NCBI GenBank assembly: GCA_951406725.2 | Contig: OX597825.1 | Span: forward strand, 83,824,001-83,888,000 | Length of the DNA stretch: 64,000 nt | Origin: Octopus vulgaris | Taxonomy: Eukaryota | Reading direction: 5' to 3' | Shown: in pieces, positions 42,645-54,658 of the stretch | How the letters are laid out: each line of letters begins with the position of its first letter | Numbering within the stretch: position 1 is the first letter of the stretch | Notes under the pieces: model-generated | The model's input: only the letters and a program-made list of their open reading frames with translations | The model's database searches: none | What the model was told of the DNA's origin: nothing | Program-made: the position numbers and the translations under genes

Positions 42645-43392
42645 CTGTCAAAGTATGATGGTGGTGTCACTATTCGCTACAGATGTGACGGTCGATTCTT
42701 TGACCTCAGACGTCTGAAGGCAAAAACCAAAGTCTTGGACGCCCTAGTGAGAGACTTCCTCTTTGCAGACGATTGTTCGCTTGCAGCATTGAATGAACCA
42801 GACCTGCAAGAACTTGCCACTTGTCTCGCAGAAGCAGCAAAAGCCTTCGGACTGACCATTAGCCTGCGAAAAAACTGAAGTGATTCTTCAGCCTGCACCT
42901 GGTCTGACACATCTTGAGCCTCAGATAGAGATTGAGGACACAACTCTAAACAACGTGGAGAGCTTTACACACCTGGGAAGCTGCCTGGCCTTAAACTGTA
43001 GCATGAACAAAGATGTCTCCATGAGGCTTGCAAAAGTAGGAGCTTCGTTTGGCAGACTTTGGACACGTGCGTGGGCCGAACGAGGCATCAGAATTTCCAC
43101 CAAGCTGGCAGTCTATAGGGCAGTCGTCATCACCTCTCTGCTCTACGGCTGTGGGTCGTGGATGCTGTATTGGAGGTAAATGCGAGTACTTGACCAGTTC
43201 CACTTCTGCTGCTTGCGACGAATCATGGGAATTTCCTGGGAGGACAGAGTCTCCGACACTAAGGTGCTACACAGAGCCGAAATGCCCGGAATTGAGGCCC
43301 TCATCATGAAGGCCCAGCTCCCGTGTATTCTGAATGGACGACGCGCGTTGATGATCTTCTGTGAGTTGGCTTCTGGAGCAAGAAACCCTGGA
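42645..43392 (+). mobile_element. RTE (BovB-like) LINE reverse transcriptase fragment
   Basis: IRYRCDGRFFDLRRLKAKTKV..DFLFADDC..AFGLTIS / FTHLGS..SFGRL..TKLAVYRAVVITSLLYGC..FHFCCLRRIMGISWEDRV; frameshift and stop. Confidence 0.92.
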
Positions 43393-43508
43393 ATTCATTC
43401 GTCTATATGGATTTGGCTTGTGTTGTCTATCTCCTGCTATCTCCGATGGCGCGAGCTCGAGAAGCAAGAGGTATGTAAATTAACATTTGCAAATCTATCT
43501 AATAGAGT

Positions 43509-43568
43509 GTTGCCCTGTAGACGGGGATGAAATTATTTATAATTCTAACCAAGAAACGCGTCTGTAAC
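43509..43568 (+). ncRNA. Hammerhead-like motif with CUGUAGA core
   Basis: GUUGC-C-CUGUAGA-..stem II..-GAAA-CGCG-UC-U-GUAAC. Confidence 0.5.
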
Positions 43569-43674
43569 TAACCGAAGACTTTGTTTTCGTTATATTTGTA
43601 GAAAATAAAAATAAGCGGTCTTTGACTGCTATTTCTAAATTTTCGGTATGTGGCTAAGCAACCTGTTGCTTACC

Positions 43675-43726
<52 letters not shown>

Positions 43727-43734
43727 ACGCATAC

Positions 43735-43864
<130 letters not shown>

Positions 43865-44280
43865 CGACCTACACATGTGACTTGTTTATAGTGATCAAAT
43901 ATTTATACTCAACATAAGCTCGCTCACTCCACCAAAATTGACAGGTGCAAGGTGTGTGTCACACATTAGACAGGACACTGGTCGCAGAATAACATAAAAA
44001 CGACGGAAGCATCATCTTGCAGTCGTAATTACAAGACTCTGGCCACTATATTTTATTTAGCGTGGTGCTATTGATGAAAGCCACAGCACTGCGTTATTCG
44101 GTTTCAGAAAGTATCACGCATGGCTACTATTATTATCTTACTAAATTTCCATTCTATTTTTCTTTTTTTTCTTTTTTTTTTAGGAAACCGTCTTATAAAT
44201 TTCTGTTGATTTTATTCTTATTGTCTTCCATATTTAAATTTTTTTTTTTTTAAATTGATTCTGCCATTTCGAAACGATAT

Positions 44281-44481
44281 TCTTTTATTCTATTACTTGT
44301 TTCAGTCATTTGACTACGGCCATACTGGAGCACCACCTTTAGTCGAACAAATCGACCCCAGGACCTATTCTTTGTAAGCCTAGTACGCATTTTATCGGTC
44401 TCTTTTGCTGAACCGCTAAGTTACGGGAACGTATACACATTAACATCGGCTGTCAAGCGATGGGAGGGGGTCAAACACACA

Positions 44482-44540
<59 letters not shown>

Positions 44541-45100
44541 TCTTTTACTCTTTTACTCTTTTACTTGTTTCAGTCATTTGACAGCGGCCATGCTGGAGCA
44601 TCGCCTTTAGTCGAGCAAATTGACCCCGGGACTTATTCTTTGTAAGCCCAATACTTATTCTATCGGTCTCTTTTGCCGAACCGCTAGGTAACGGGGACGT
44701 AAACACACCAGCATCAGTTGTCAAGCAATGCTAGTGGGACAAACACAGACACACAAACACACACACATACACACATATATATATACATATATACGACAGG
44801 CTTCTTTCAGTTTCCGTCTACCAAATCCATTCATAAGGCATTGGTCGGCCCGGGGCTATAGCAGAAGACACTCGCCCAAGATGCCACGCAGTGGGACTGA
44901 ACCCAGAACCATGTGGTTGGTTAGCAAGCTACTTACCACACAAAGTATATATACACGACGGGCTTCGTTCAGTTTCCGTCTACCAAATCCACTCACAAGG
45001 CTTTGATTGACCTGAAGCTACAGTAGATGACACTTGCCACGAGATCATGGGAACTCGGGATCATGTGATTGGTAAGCAAGCTTCTTACCACCCAGCCTAT
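44281..45100 (-). mobile_element. Cluster of SINE family B copies (partial 44281-44480, full 44541-44942, extra head 44950-45100)
   Basis: Reverse complement consensus matches. Confidence 0.88.
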
Positions 45101-45242
45101 GTTGAGGTATTATTTTTAACATGGATTTCGTTTAACCTAAATGGTAGCTTAATATCTTAATTAATTTAAAGATTATATGTACACACACACACACACACAT
45201 ACACACATACATACATATACATATATATATATATTTATATAT

Positions 45243-45310
<68 letters not shown>

Positions 45311-45354
45311 CGGGATTGTAAATCACGGCGTCGTAATAAAAAAATACATTCGCA

Positions 45355-45401
<47 letters not shown>

Positions 45402-45521
45402 ACAATCAAGGAACGGCCATAATAGGCCATTCACCCACTAGAAATAACAGCCAAAAGCTTTAACCGCAAAATAACATTAATTCCGTAAACCAGGAGAAAA
45501 TTGAAAAACATTTACCCTGTA

Positions 45522-45628
45522 ATTTCTTAGACGATGCACCGTTTCATCTACCGTTTAATGGTAAACTAACCTGATTAAATTAAATCAAGCCAATCCACCA
45601 TAGGCCCTTAGACTCATCAGTAAGAAAT
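45522..45628 (-). ncRNA. Intact type I hammerhead ribozyme
   Basis: AUUUCUUA-CUGAUGA-GUCUA...UAGAU-GAAA-CGGUGCAUCG-UC^UAAGAAAU; 8-bp stem I; cleavage between 45530 and 45529. Confidence 0.92.
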
Positions 45629-46014
45629 AGCCAAGTCGGAACAGATATTTTTCACGAGGCATTCCTCTTGCTACCTCGGCAATATCTGACCTAAAATTGT
45701 CAAATCGTCGCACTCGCGCCAAATTTATCGGCAGCAAATAAATATAAGCCACTGATTCCATTACGGAACTAACCAGAAAATTCATAATTAATCAATATAG
45801 GGTGGCAAAAAAAATTTTGTAGAATTCTTTTGCCACCAGCGGCCTAGTGGGAAAAAAATTAAATAGTCATAAACCATTTTTAAGTTCAACATCAACAATC
45901 AAGGAACGGCCATAATAGGCCATTCACCCACTAGAAATAACAGCCAAAAGCCTTAACCGCAAAATAACATTAATTCCGTAAACCAGGAGAAAATTGAAAA
46001 ACATTTACCCTGTA

Positions 46015-46121
46015 ATTTCTTAGACGATGTACCGTTTCATCTACCGTTTAATGGTAAACTAACCTGATTAAATTAAATCAAGCCAATCCACCATAGGCCC
46101 TTAGACTCATCAGTAAGAAAT
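46015..46121 (-). ncRNA. Intact type I hammerhead ribozyme (second copy)
   Basis: As above with loop III UACA; cleavage between 46023 and 46022. Confidence 0.92.
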
Positions 46122-46283
46122 AGCCAAGTCGGAACAGATATTTTTCACGAGGCATTCCTCTTGCTACCTCGGCAATATCTGACCTAAAATTTTCAAATCG
46201 TCGCACTCGCGCCAAATTTATCGGCAGCAAATAAATATAAGCCACTGATTCCATTACGGAACTAACCAGAAAATTCATAATTC

Positions 46284-46340
<57 letters not shown>

Positions 46341-46625
46341 CAGGCTCGTAATTTATCATTTATAAAACATAATAAAATAAATTGTCTATGCATGTTATTA
46401 AGCTGCAAAACAACTGTCTTTAGATAAGAATATCCGATGATAAAATAGGTTTTATTATTGGATATTTCACTTGTTATCAATAATTTTATATACTCATGTT
46501 TTTTTTTTTTCGTATAGTAAAATATATTCTATGTGCTTTGTAGAATGATACCTTAAGGACGGTTTTTAATGAGTACCAAAGGATTAGATGAATCCATCTA
46601 CAGTGACTTACATGTGTGTGTGTGT

Positions 46626-46788
46626 AGGCGCAGGAGTGGTTGTGTGGTAAGTGGCTTGCTTACCAACCACATGGTTCCAGGTTCGGTCCCAATGCGTGGC
46701 ACCTTGGACAAGTGTCTTCTACTACAACCTTGGGCCGACAAAAGCCTTGTGAGTGGATTTGGTAGACGGAAACTGAAAGACGCCTGTC

Positions 46789-46831
<43 letters not shown>

Positions 46832-47058
46832 GTATGTATCTATCTATTTGTGCGTCTGTGCTTGTCCCCACCCCACTACATCAACATTGCTTGACAGCTG
46901 ATGTTGGTATGTTTATATCGCCGTAAATTAGCGGTTCGGCAAAAGACACCGATAGAGTAAGTACTAGGCCGACAAATAATAAGTCCTGGAGCCGATTTGT
47001 TCGACTAAAAGGCGGTGCTCCAGCATGGCCGCAGTCAAATGACTGACACAATAAAAAA
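46626..47058 (+). mobile_element. SINE family B
   Basis: Consensus match. Confidence 0.9.
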
Positions 47059-47092
47059 AAAGCATATATATATGTATATATATGTATGTATG

Positions 47093-47141
<49 letters not shown>

Positions 47142-47199
47142 GTATGTAATGTATGTATGTATGTATGTATGTATGTATGTATATATGTATGTATGTAAG

Positions 47200-47230
<31 letters not shown>

Positions 47231-48099
47231 GTATGTATATATATATATATATATGTATGTATATATATATATATATATATATATCGATTAAATACATGTA
47301 ACAGTGACACACTTGCTGTGCTGTGGATTTCTTCTTACAATACATTCAGATTTTCTTTATCATAGCATATAATCATTCTGTATTCTGCAAAGATAAGAAA
47401 AAATTCTTGCGGAAAAACAAATAAATATATATTCCGTCAATATACACCTACATATCTTCTGCTTATTTTGACATGATTGCTGATTGTAAAGGTTGTGAGG
47501 ATGGTTTGCAGACAACGTTCCATACACAAAAGAAAAAATATACTTTTGTATTTATTCTTACGAATGTCTAAATATTTTCCGATATCGATGATACGCCCGA
47601 GTTTCGTCTAACGTATCATTAAATTCTGTGAAGATATACATTTCTATACATACGTATGTATATATGCATAGAAATGTATTTATCTGTGTGTGTGTATACA
47701 TATATATACGTTTGTGTGCTTATACATACACATTTATATATGTGTGTATGTACACATACACATATATATGTGTGTCTATATACACATACATACACATATA
47801 TATTTCTATTTACATATATAGATATATGTATATGTATTTATATATATATACATATGTATATATATATATATGTATATATGTATATGTATGTATGTATATA
47901 TATATATAGGAACAGACGTGGCCGTGTAGTAAAAAGCCTGTTTCTTAAAGACATGGTTCCGAGTTCAGTCCCAATTCATGGCAGCTTTGGCAAGTGTCTT
48001 TTGCAGTCCCAAGTCTCTGGCACACCAAATCCTTTAGAATAGATTTGGAAGACGGAAAGGGTACGATTGGTAACCCGTTGCCATTTTATATTTTTCATT

Positions 48100-48950
48100 T
48101 CGCACATGTTCATTGTTTGTTTTGGATTTTGTCGACTACAGAGTATAGTAGGGTCAACTGGCACCGTCTGTAAGAAAAACAGCAACATAATGTAATCCAC
48201 TCTGCCAGAAATTTGGAAACAACATGCTGTACTGCTTGGCTTTCATGCCAGATACTCCAATACGAATATTTCAATGTTTGGGTATCAATCTAAGGACAGG
48301 GCAATCTGAGGACGTGTATCGAGAGTGATAAAAATCAAATATCCAGTCAACATCATGATCATGGTGTTTAGAGTGATTACTAGTGATGGTGACATTATCC
48401 GTCCATTCATCTTCCCACATGGCCTCAGACTCACTACGGAAGCCTACATCAAGTGCCTGGAGGAAGTAATGCTGCCCTGGGTGAAGAGGATGACTGCTGG
48501 AAGAACCTATGTCTGCCAACAGGAATCTGCACCATGTCACACGAGCAAGAGAAACCAGTCATAGCTGTTAGACAATTTCTGCGAACACATCACCCCTAAG
48601 ATGTGGCCATTTAACTCACCAGACTGCAACCCCCTTGATTATTATGTGTAGAGCGCAGTTGAGTAAGAGACCAACAAAATTCCTTGTAACACCAAAGTGG
48701 AAGTGAAGGCAAGGTTTATGGCAGCATTCACCAACTTAAGCAAGGAGACCGTCTAGAAAAGCTGCAGGAGATTCAGAAGTCGTCTGGAGCCCGTGGTTGA
48801 AGCCAAAGGTGATTTTATTGAATAAATTAACTCTTTAGTATTTCAAGATATTTTTATGTAATTTTGGTAAATATATCTCTTAAAATGAGATGCCAGGGTT
48901 ATTTTCAGTTTTGCGTAATTTTGACGACAATATATTCACCGCACCCTGTA
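48100..48950 (+). mobile_element. Tc1/mariner DD37D (maT-type) transposase pseudogene with right terminus
   Basis: QQ(E)SAPCH..WPFNSPDCNPLDYYV with 37 residues between the catalytic positions; ends ..EAKGDFIE*; terminus caccctg-TA at 48942-48950. Confidence 0.88.
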
Positions 48951-50656
48951 TATCTGTATAGATATAGAACTGAGAATGTGTGTCTGTCTGTTTGTATGTG
49001 TGAATCCCTAAAACTCGAGAAGTACCCAACCGATTTCATTCAAATTTTACACATGCATTACGTACGGTTCATGGGGTGTCAAGGATCAAAAGCATTTTCA
49101 GCTTCTTGTCTAATGCGGGCCCGGAGCAATCTTTGAGACTGGTTCGGAATTACGTGTCAAAAGTGAATATCGTTTCACTTTTATTCTTTCACTTGTAACT
49201 GGTCCAACGTATATAAAAAATACACATTTACCGTTCAATTACCAGTTGATAATTATCGCAGCAGTTACAAGGGTTAATATGTAACTGTAAATAACTTGTT
49301 AATGTCATTATTGGTGGCAGGTAAGAACTAAGTAATTGGTATTTGACGAAGAGATAAGATAATCTCGCTTGAAAAAATTCAGGTAATTATCTAAGTTCTC
49401 AAAAACGAAATCCAATAATCTGAACAGCTTTCGAATAAATAACATTTAAATATCCACAGAAAACTATTACTTATAGAACTTTGGTTTGAAGACCAAAAGT
49501 GTGCTGAACCTATGCATTCATAATTACTTCACGTGATCACGTGACCGACCAGGCTATCAGGTGTTGTTGCGCATCGCTGGTCACAGTGTGCTTTTGCATT
49601 GTTTTAGCCTTCGAATGACGCCAACCCGCTGGCTAGGCGAAGGGGCCAACGATCCTCATCTGACCGAAAATGGGACTGGGGCAACGTGAAATGAATCGAA
49701 TTTGCTCAAGAAGACAACACGCCGTTCGGTCTAGGAATCGAACCCACGATCTAGCGATCGTGAGTGCAACAATCTAACCACTAGGCCACATTCCTTCATT
49801 CAGAATTCCTTAACAATTAGAATTGGGATCATCGAAATATATACATTTCAAAAGGACTTTTTTTCGCTACCGATATCATTTCACAAAGAGTCGCAGTTGT
49901 GAGATATGACCCAAGTGTCTTCAATGAATATCTATTGTTCTCTTCCTTTTTACTTGTTAGCCATCATTTATGTCTGTCTGTTAGTCATTTTCTTTGTCTG
50001 TCTGTCTGTCAGTCGGTCGGTCTGTCTAGTTATTATACACTCTACCTAACTTTATTCCTTCTTACACCTATATGTATATCGGTTTATGTCTATTGTTCAT
50101 AGATGAGGTCCAGATATTCTCCCGTAGAGAATACAATTTGTACAGTTCAAAATATTCAAACTTGAGCATAATGTTTGTAGATTAATTCGAACAGAGAATG
50201 AAGCCGCCCCATAAATATAGATACAAGGTGAATAAAGAATAGATATATATAGAGAGAGAGATATATAGGTAGATATGAGTGTGTGCGTGTGTGTGTGTGT
50301 ATGCGTGTGTGTGTGTGTGTGTGTGTGTATGCGTGTGTGAGTAGATAGACTAACAGACTGATAACTTATCAAACTATCATTCTATGTAATACGCTTCTAT
50401 GTATGTGTATATATACACGGCACATAGACACATACACTCACATACAGACAAACATACAAACATACATGCATACATATACGTTTCTATGTATGTGTATATA
50501 TAAACATCACATACACACATACATTTACATACACTTATATACATACATACAAACATACAAACATACATACATATATACATACATACATACAAACATACAT
50601 ACATACATACATACATACATACATACATACATACATACATACATACATACATACAT

Positions 50657-51590
50657 GGTGGTTGTCGACTCCTTTTGCAGAGTCTGGCCACCTCCTGTAC
50701 CTACTCTTTAGCACCATCATGGCATCTGATGTGGCTTCTTAAACCAGACAATATTCTGAAAAGACACTCACACAGATTGCATATCCGATTTAAACAACCA
50801 AGAGCTGCAGATAAGTTCTGACCTTTGTGGATCTTAAAATGTCTTTTGAGGCCTCCATTGGATTTGCAAACCTTCTGGCATACACTGTATTCAAAGGTGT
50901 GTAAAGACATCGTCAGAATAGTTGGTGGAGCTTCGTTTTCTATGGACTCGCAAATGAAACTTGAGCCGAGCAAAAGAAAGACATGGTCTGTCACAGACTG
51001 TGCACACAAAAAGGTCATTGTCATTCACCTTCTCGATCGTAACATTCTTCTTTAGATCTCTTTTGAGTCTTACGTGTGTTATCCTGGCCTCTTCAAATGC
51101 TTTCACTCCGCTCCACACCTTTGTTCGCCATCCACCTCGATCCGAAGCAAGGGTTTCTGTCTTCCGGATCCATTCCCAATGACTTCATTGTAGTCCTTAT
51201 GCCTTCCTTAAACCTTTTTTTTTTAGGTTTACACCAAGAGTGTTTCCCCTGTGCAAGCTCACGATAAAACAGCTGTTTCGGCATGCATTCATCTGCCATT
51301 CGAACAATATGGTCACAACATCTCATTCGGTTCCTCAAAATCATAGCTTTAATTGAGGTGATGCCTGCAGATGCAAGGGCATCAGTGTTTGGAGTAAAAG
51401 AACTCCATTTGATTTTTTAAACGCGATGAAGGCATTTTTGGTGGAATTGTTCTAACAATTTAAAATACCTTTCATAAGAAGTCCAAGTTTCACAGGAATA
51501 CAACAGGGATGATAAGACAAGTGATTTGTAAAGAGCCAGCTTAAGAATACAAAGCTGACCCTTTACAAATCATTTGTCTTAACATCCCTG
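50657..51590 (-). mobile_element. 5'-truncated RTE LINE: ORF2 C-terminus with three C2H2 fingers, (TATG)n tail
   Basis: KLALYKSLVLSSLLYSCETWT..HIVRMADECMPKQLFY..; CTVCDRPCLSFARLKFHLRVH, SVCQKVCKSNGGLKRHFKIH, CNLCECLFRILSGLRSHIRCH. Confidence 0.9.
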
Positions 51591-51846
51591 TAAATATAGG
51601 TACAAGATAAATAAAAAATATATAGAGAGAGAGGGAGGGGGTAGATATATGAGTGTGTGTTTGTTTGTGTGAGTAAAGAGATTAACAGATTGATAACTTA
51701 TCGAACTATCAATCTATATACATGTTTCAATGTATGTGTGTGTGTATATATATATATATATGTATGTATGTATGTATGTATACAACACATACACACATAC
51801 ATACAAGCATGCATGCATAGACGTATGTGTATATATATATATATCA

Positions 51847-51925
<79 letters not shown>

Positions 51926-52222
51926 TGTAGTAGTAGTAGCAAAGGCCTTTTATTAAAATCAACAATGGCAGTACATATAGTTGTGTGTGTTATATAAACA
52001 CTACATGGCACACCGCGTACTAAACAAACACTCCAGTCGCAACCGTTTTAAATAAACACATTTCTAAGTGTATTATAAACATTACAGTAAAAACTGCTTC
52101 ATGTAGAAACACAGCATTTGTAGTTAACGAGGTACGCTCGGTACGGCCGTTTGTGTTGCTAGAAAGAATAGCTAAATCTTGGTGAAATCACATTACTGTA
52201 AAAACTGTGTTTCTTATAGAAA

Positions 52223-52433
52223 GGGAGAGTTTGCGAGAAAAAAACAAACGACGAAGACAAGTGGTGTACAAAACAAACAGATGTATTAGTATAACGCTCA
52301 GGAATAGAAAAAGTCTTTTACGTTTCGAGCCTACGCTCTTCTACAGAAAGGGATACAGAAAATACAAGGAGCGAAACAAGGAGGGAAAAAAATGTGTGTA
52401 GTGGCTACCGATCAATCATGGCGACTAATGGCG
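52223..52433 (-). mobile_element. PLE-like short element with CUGUAGA hammerhead (52315-52350) and 19-bp TSD
   Basis: actgtgtttcttatagaaa at 52204-52222 and 52434-52452. Confidence 0.8.
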
Positions 52434-52859
52434 ACTGTGTTTCTTATAGAAACACAGCATTTGTAGTTAACGAGGTACGGTCGTTACGACCGTTTGTGTT
52501 GCTAGAAAGAATAGCTAAATCTTGGTAAATCACACATTTATTGTTTTAAAAACACAAATGCTAGGACATTTTATGTAATGTTCTCCTAGACATACGAGTC
52601 TTGAAAAGAAAACTCCAGATAAAGACGGAATAGTGAGAATTGATCAATAGGTCTATTCGATTTTACCTGAAAGAAATAAGCTGGCGCTCCGTCGGTTAAC
52701 GCGATGCGCAAGTGACTGAGGACTCCACAGACACGAGTACCTTGCCCAGGGACATAATATCATCACGCTCCCCAACACCCCCCTCTTCCACTTCTACAAC
52801 CACCATCACCAGCATCAGCATCATCCTCATCCTCATCATTCCCAGTACCATACCTACTT

Positions 52860-53088
52860 CATTACTACCCACAAGGGGCTAAACGCAGAGGGGACAAACA
52901 AGGACAGACAAACGGATTAAGTCGATTACATCGACCCCAGTGCTTAACTGGTACTTAATTTATCGACCCCGAAAGGATGAAAGGCAAAGTTGACCTCGGC
53001 GGAATTTGAACTCACAACGTAGCGGCAGACGAAATACAGCTAAGCATTTCGCCCGGCGTGCTAACGATTCTACCAGCTCGTCGCCTTA
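52860..53088 (-). mobile_element. SINE family A
   Basis: Reverse complement match. Confidence 0.9.
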
Positions 53089-54658
53089 ATCCCCACCCCC
53101 ATACCATCACCATCACCCTCATCAGCACAGTCATCATCATCATCATCATTATCATCATCATCATCATCGCCACCGTCGTATAACAATATGACGGCGACAG
53201 AAATAGCAAAATAAGTTCAGGTTTTGGAATTATTTTCTTTATTATTTTTTTTTTTTTTGCTTTTTTTCCTTCTGTTGTTTCGCATGAAAATCTTCAATAG
53301 CAGCAAAACTAATTCATAGAGTCTTGGAGAAAAGAAATGATGAAATGATGCTAATATGAGTTTGTCTTTTGAAGATCATTCTGATTTTCTTTAATTTCCT
53401 CCTGTTAATATATAACCAGATTTTGGGTTGCTTGAAGTTTTATCGTCACACGTCGAATCTGGTAGAATAATAAATATTTGAAATTAGATTCTCCAAGTCG
53501 TTTTATGTAAGCGTGCTATCATCGTAAGTTGTGGATGAGTGAATAGATAGAATTGTACCAGACAACCAGTGAAACTACCTAACCAACTGACCAGCTGACC
53601 AGTTGATTTGTTAACCAGTTGGGTGATCTATGGTTCGTATTCTGTTGCCGGCGTGACTCGTCAGATGATCAGCCGAACCAACGGTTCTCAAGAAGGATTC
53701 GTATGCTTTGTGGGGTTCCATGCAAGATTTTATTCTTCTATTTGCAATAATTTATTTATACTTCTACAATACGCATAATCTCTCCATATATATAAAGCTG
53801 AAGTTGTCTATGTATAGCAGGTTTGGTAGCCTTCAACTAACACTATCTCCTCCGAGACCCTGCGGCGCAAATTGACGAAAATTGTGAGTATGATAGAAGG
53901 CTTGCTCTTCCTTCCGTGGAAGAAAAAAATTAAAATTGGACCATGTTAAGACCAAAAATTATTTACATCAAAACGATGCTTTTTTTTCTATGACAATCCC
54001 TATTTCTTACGACTTTTTTACTGCCTAATAATATTTAATTATTAAAAAAATGGAGTTGGGTATTTTAATCATCGAAAAGCTATGAGGGCCCACTCGAATA
54101 GAACACGAATCAAACGCGTCCATAAATTTTTTAAAATAGTATTTGAGAATCTCCGAGATAAAACAAGTACCAGTTGAGTACAGGTTTCGAGACAGCCGAC
54201 TGAAGCTCTCCACTTTTATTTGACTCTCTCTCACTCAACGTTCCAAAATACATTCTACAGAATACTAACAACTGATCGTAAGGACGTGTAGTTGCTTTAT
54301 AATACTTTCGCTTTCTCATCTTGTTAACGACCAGCGGCATATCGACAACTCCTCTTCAGCAATCTTACCTCTGATTCTGCAAACCACTAATAAGCAACCA
54401 ACAACAAAACAATGGAATTGCGTGAGTGGGCGCTGCTTTAAAACTGATCAAAACAATAAAAAAAAAATCTTCGTAAAATAATTGTAATATGATGAAAGTA
54501 GTAAGTATATATAACACTCGAGGGAATGATGAGATGTTGATCTACTCTGGACATCTTGGAGAAGGTGAGAAGGATTATGTTTTCCCTGTCATGTATCATT
54601 ATTATACGCCGGAAGATCCCTTTTGCAAGAACGTAAAATATGATAAAATGAAACATAG

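Larger units (their letters stand above)
45398..46281 (-). mobile_element. 1.8-copy tandem 493-bp hammerhead-bearing unit (retrozyme / PLE pseudo-LTR-like) in (TA)n
   Basis: Copies 45398-45890 and 45891-46281 differ by ~3 substitutions; each has an intact HHR. Confidence 0.88.

Noticed and set aside
45585-45785. 66-aa ORF duplicated in the 493-bp unit
   Set aside because: No family resemblance; it runs through the ribozyme core, and its conservation is explained by recent duplication.
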